From an uncultured delta proteobacterium (GTDB taxonomy: Bacteria > Desulfobacterota > Zymogenia > Zymogenales > Zymogenaceae), in contig CAWBYW010000013.1 of NCBI GenBank assembly GCA_963792965.1, positions 96,001 to 160,000 of the forward strand: DNA of 64,000 bases, given 5' to 3'. The notes beneath the pieces were generated by a model. The model had not been told where the DNA came from and did no database searches. It worked only from the letters and a program-made list of their open reading frames with translations. Position 1 is the first letter of the stretch, and every line of letters starts with the position of its first letter. Of this stretch, positions 62,280 through 64,000 are shown in pieces. The translations under genes and the position numbers were made by a program.

Positions 62280-64000
62280 ATGAATAAAAGATCATATACG
62301 AACTCCATCGTGCACCTCTTGTTTCTCCTAATCGCGTTTCTGTTCAACTATGTCCCGCCGATAAGGAAGTATATGAAGTCGACCCAAGGCTGGATTAACT
62401 TTTCCGTTGGTTTTAGAACAGAGAACGATAGCGTTAATCAGGCAATCATTTTCAAGGATGGAAAGGTCTCGGTTAAGAAGAAGATCCCGAGTGATATCGA
62501 TGTGACGCTAATTTTCATCGATGATAAGACAGTCCTCGAGATGCTGAGAATAACGCCTAATGAGGTGATAAATCTCCTCCTGAAGAACAAGATGAGAACG
62601 GACGGTAACCTTACCTGTTTGAACCCCTTTAATTTTTACATCTCGCTGCTGTTCGGGAAAAAGCATAAGAATATGCTTGGAAAGCAGATACGGGCCGAGG
62701 TTGCCGAGAAGAGGCGTATCTCCCCCATGGCAGATGCCGCCTGCCTCGGGGAGCTCGCCCGAAGGAAGACGGTCAGGATTAAGGGAGAGCGGGTGGACCG
62801 GGGGGTTGTATACCTTGAAGACCCCTACCTATCGCGGTATGAGATCGATGATTTCCCGCGCCTGAACGAATTCCTGAAGATCCATTTCAACACGAAACCG
62901 GAGGTATGCCCGGAGAGGCCGAAGCTCTTGACCGATTTCTTCGTGAAGAACGGTTTTGAGCTCTTCCCCAATAACGGCCACGGGAGAAACGAGCTGCGCC
63001 AGGCCCGCGCGTTCAAGTACCTCATGGAGAACAAGAAGCCGATCATCCGGAAAAACGACCTCATCGCCGGAACGTCGACGACCAAAGAGATCGGCGTGAT
63101 CCTCTATCAGGACGCCCACGCGGCGCTTCTGTGGGGGGAATTGAAATCGGCGGCCGACCGCCGCCTCAACCCCTATACGATATCCGACGAGACGGTCAAA
63201 ACACTCCACTCTCATGTCCTTCCCTACTGGATGGATAAGAACTTCCGCGAATGGGTAAGAACGAAATATGGTAATCCTCTCAGTCAGCAACTAGATGAGC
63301 GTTTTGCGGTCTACTTTCTCTTTAAAGTAGCCGCCCTTTCTCACACGATTTTAGATTTCCCGAAACTCCTCAGGATCGGGATAAAGGGGCTCGTAGGAGA
63401 GATCAATGATGAGCTAAGAAATGACGCCAAGGCATCCCGGCAGAAAAGAGATACGCTGGCTGCCATGAAAATATGTCTTGAAGGGGTCACGAGTTACGCG
63501 AAAAACCTATCAAGGCAGGCGGCGCTCCTGGCAGAAGGGGAAGTCGATCCAATAAGAAAAAGGGAACTCCGGCGACTTTCAGAAATATGCAATCATGTCC
63601 CCGAAAACCCCGCCCGTACTCTTGATGAGGCGATCAACGCCGTGTGGATCGGTTGGGTGGCACTCCATATGGAAAATACGAACGCGGGGCTTTCCCTCGG
63701 CAGGATGGATCAATGGCTCCAGCCCTACTTTGAAGCGGACGTGAAGAAGCTGAAAACCAAAAAAGAGCAAACGGAATATATAAAGAGAACTATTGAGCTT
63801 GTCGGTTGTTTCTATATGCGTTGTACCGATCATCTCCCGCTGGTGCCGGATATTGGTAATTATCTTTTCGGCGGCAGTTCATCTGACCAGGCAATTACCT
63901 TGGGAGGCATAACTCCCGACGGGAAAGATGCCGTGTGTGATATGACGTATATCTTTCTTAAAGTAACTGAACTGTTGGCTATACGGGATCCTAACGTGAA
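62280..64000 (+). CDS. Glycyl radical enzyme (PFL-like family) with an SCP2-like N-terminal extension; truncated by the window edge
   Basis: Not in the ORF track because it has no stop in the window. ATG 62280 after GGAGG; translates to RQARAFKYLMENKKPIIRKNDLIAG, PARTLDEAI, SLGRMDQWLQPYF, ITLGGITPDGKDAV, DPNV. Confidence 0.87.
   Translation, partial: MNKRSYTNSIVHLLFLLIAFLFNYVPPIRKYMKSTQGWINFSVGFRTENDSVNQAIIFKDGKVSVKKKIPSDIDVTLIFIDDKTVLEMLRITPNEVINLLLKNKMRTDGNLTCLNPFNFYISLLFGKKHKNMLGKQIRAEVAEKRRISPMADAACLGELARRKTVRIKGERVDRGVVYLEDPYLSRYEIDDFPRLNEFLKIHFNTKPEVCPERPKLLTDFFVKNGFELFPNNGHGRNELRQARAFKYLMENKKPIIRKNDLIAGTSTTKEIGVILYQDAHAALLWGELKSAADRRLNPYTISDETVKTLHSHVLPYWMDKNFREWVRTKYGNPLSQQLDERFAVYFLFKVAALSHTILDFPKLLRIGIKGLVGEINDELRNDAKASRQKRDTLAAMKICLEGVTSYAKNLSRQAALLAEGEVDPIRKRELRRLSEICNHVPENPARTLDEAINAVWIGWVALHMENTNAGLSLGRMDQWLQPYFEADVKKLKTKKEQTEYIKRTIELVGCFYMRCTDHLPLVPDIGNYLFGGSSSDQAITLGGITPDGKDAVCDMTYIFLKVTELLAIRDPNV

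Overview
Bacterial chromosomal window. The gene content (aminotransferase-serA-purA, DUF362/4Fe-4S module, IOR, FrhB-like protein, glycyl radical enzyme, outer-membrane barrels) points to a diderm anaerobe, probably deltaproteobacterial (inference). Left to right: housekeeping genes (1-7.6 kb); a Tat-exported DUF362 pair with a membrane polyferredoxin and an internally duplicated outer-membrane barrel (7.7-13 kb); a Wzm/Wzt surface-glycan locus with twin radical SAM enzymes and a BKACE + acyltransferase pair (13.4-27.5 kb); thiM-thiE-HAD, two outer-membrane proteins, a GT2 and glgP (27.9-36.7 kb); a processive GT2 apparently fused to GH26, followed by three more GH26 paralogues, an MFS transporter and a GH31 (36.9-46.8 kb); a 3'-half tRNA-Thr(CGT) fragment with integrase arm-like repeats, i.e. 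an att-type boundary (47.07-47.27 kb); then an IclR-associated catabolic block: LutABC, FrhB-like, two IorAB copies, IlvD-like, LarA-like, Zn-ADH and a glycyl radical enzyme with an SCP2-like N-terminus running off the right edge. The best candidates for undescribed systems are the GT2-GH26/GH26x3 locus, the catabolic block and the SCP2-GRE/ADH pair. About nine small lesions in otherwise intact genes suggest consensus errors rather than true pseudogenes. All family calls come from motif recognition by eye; no searches were run.
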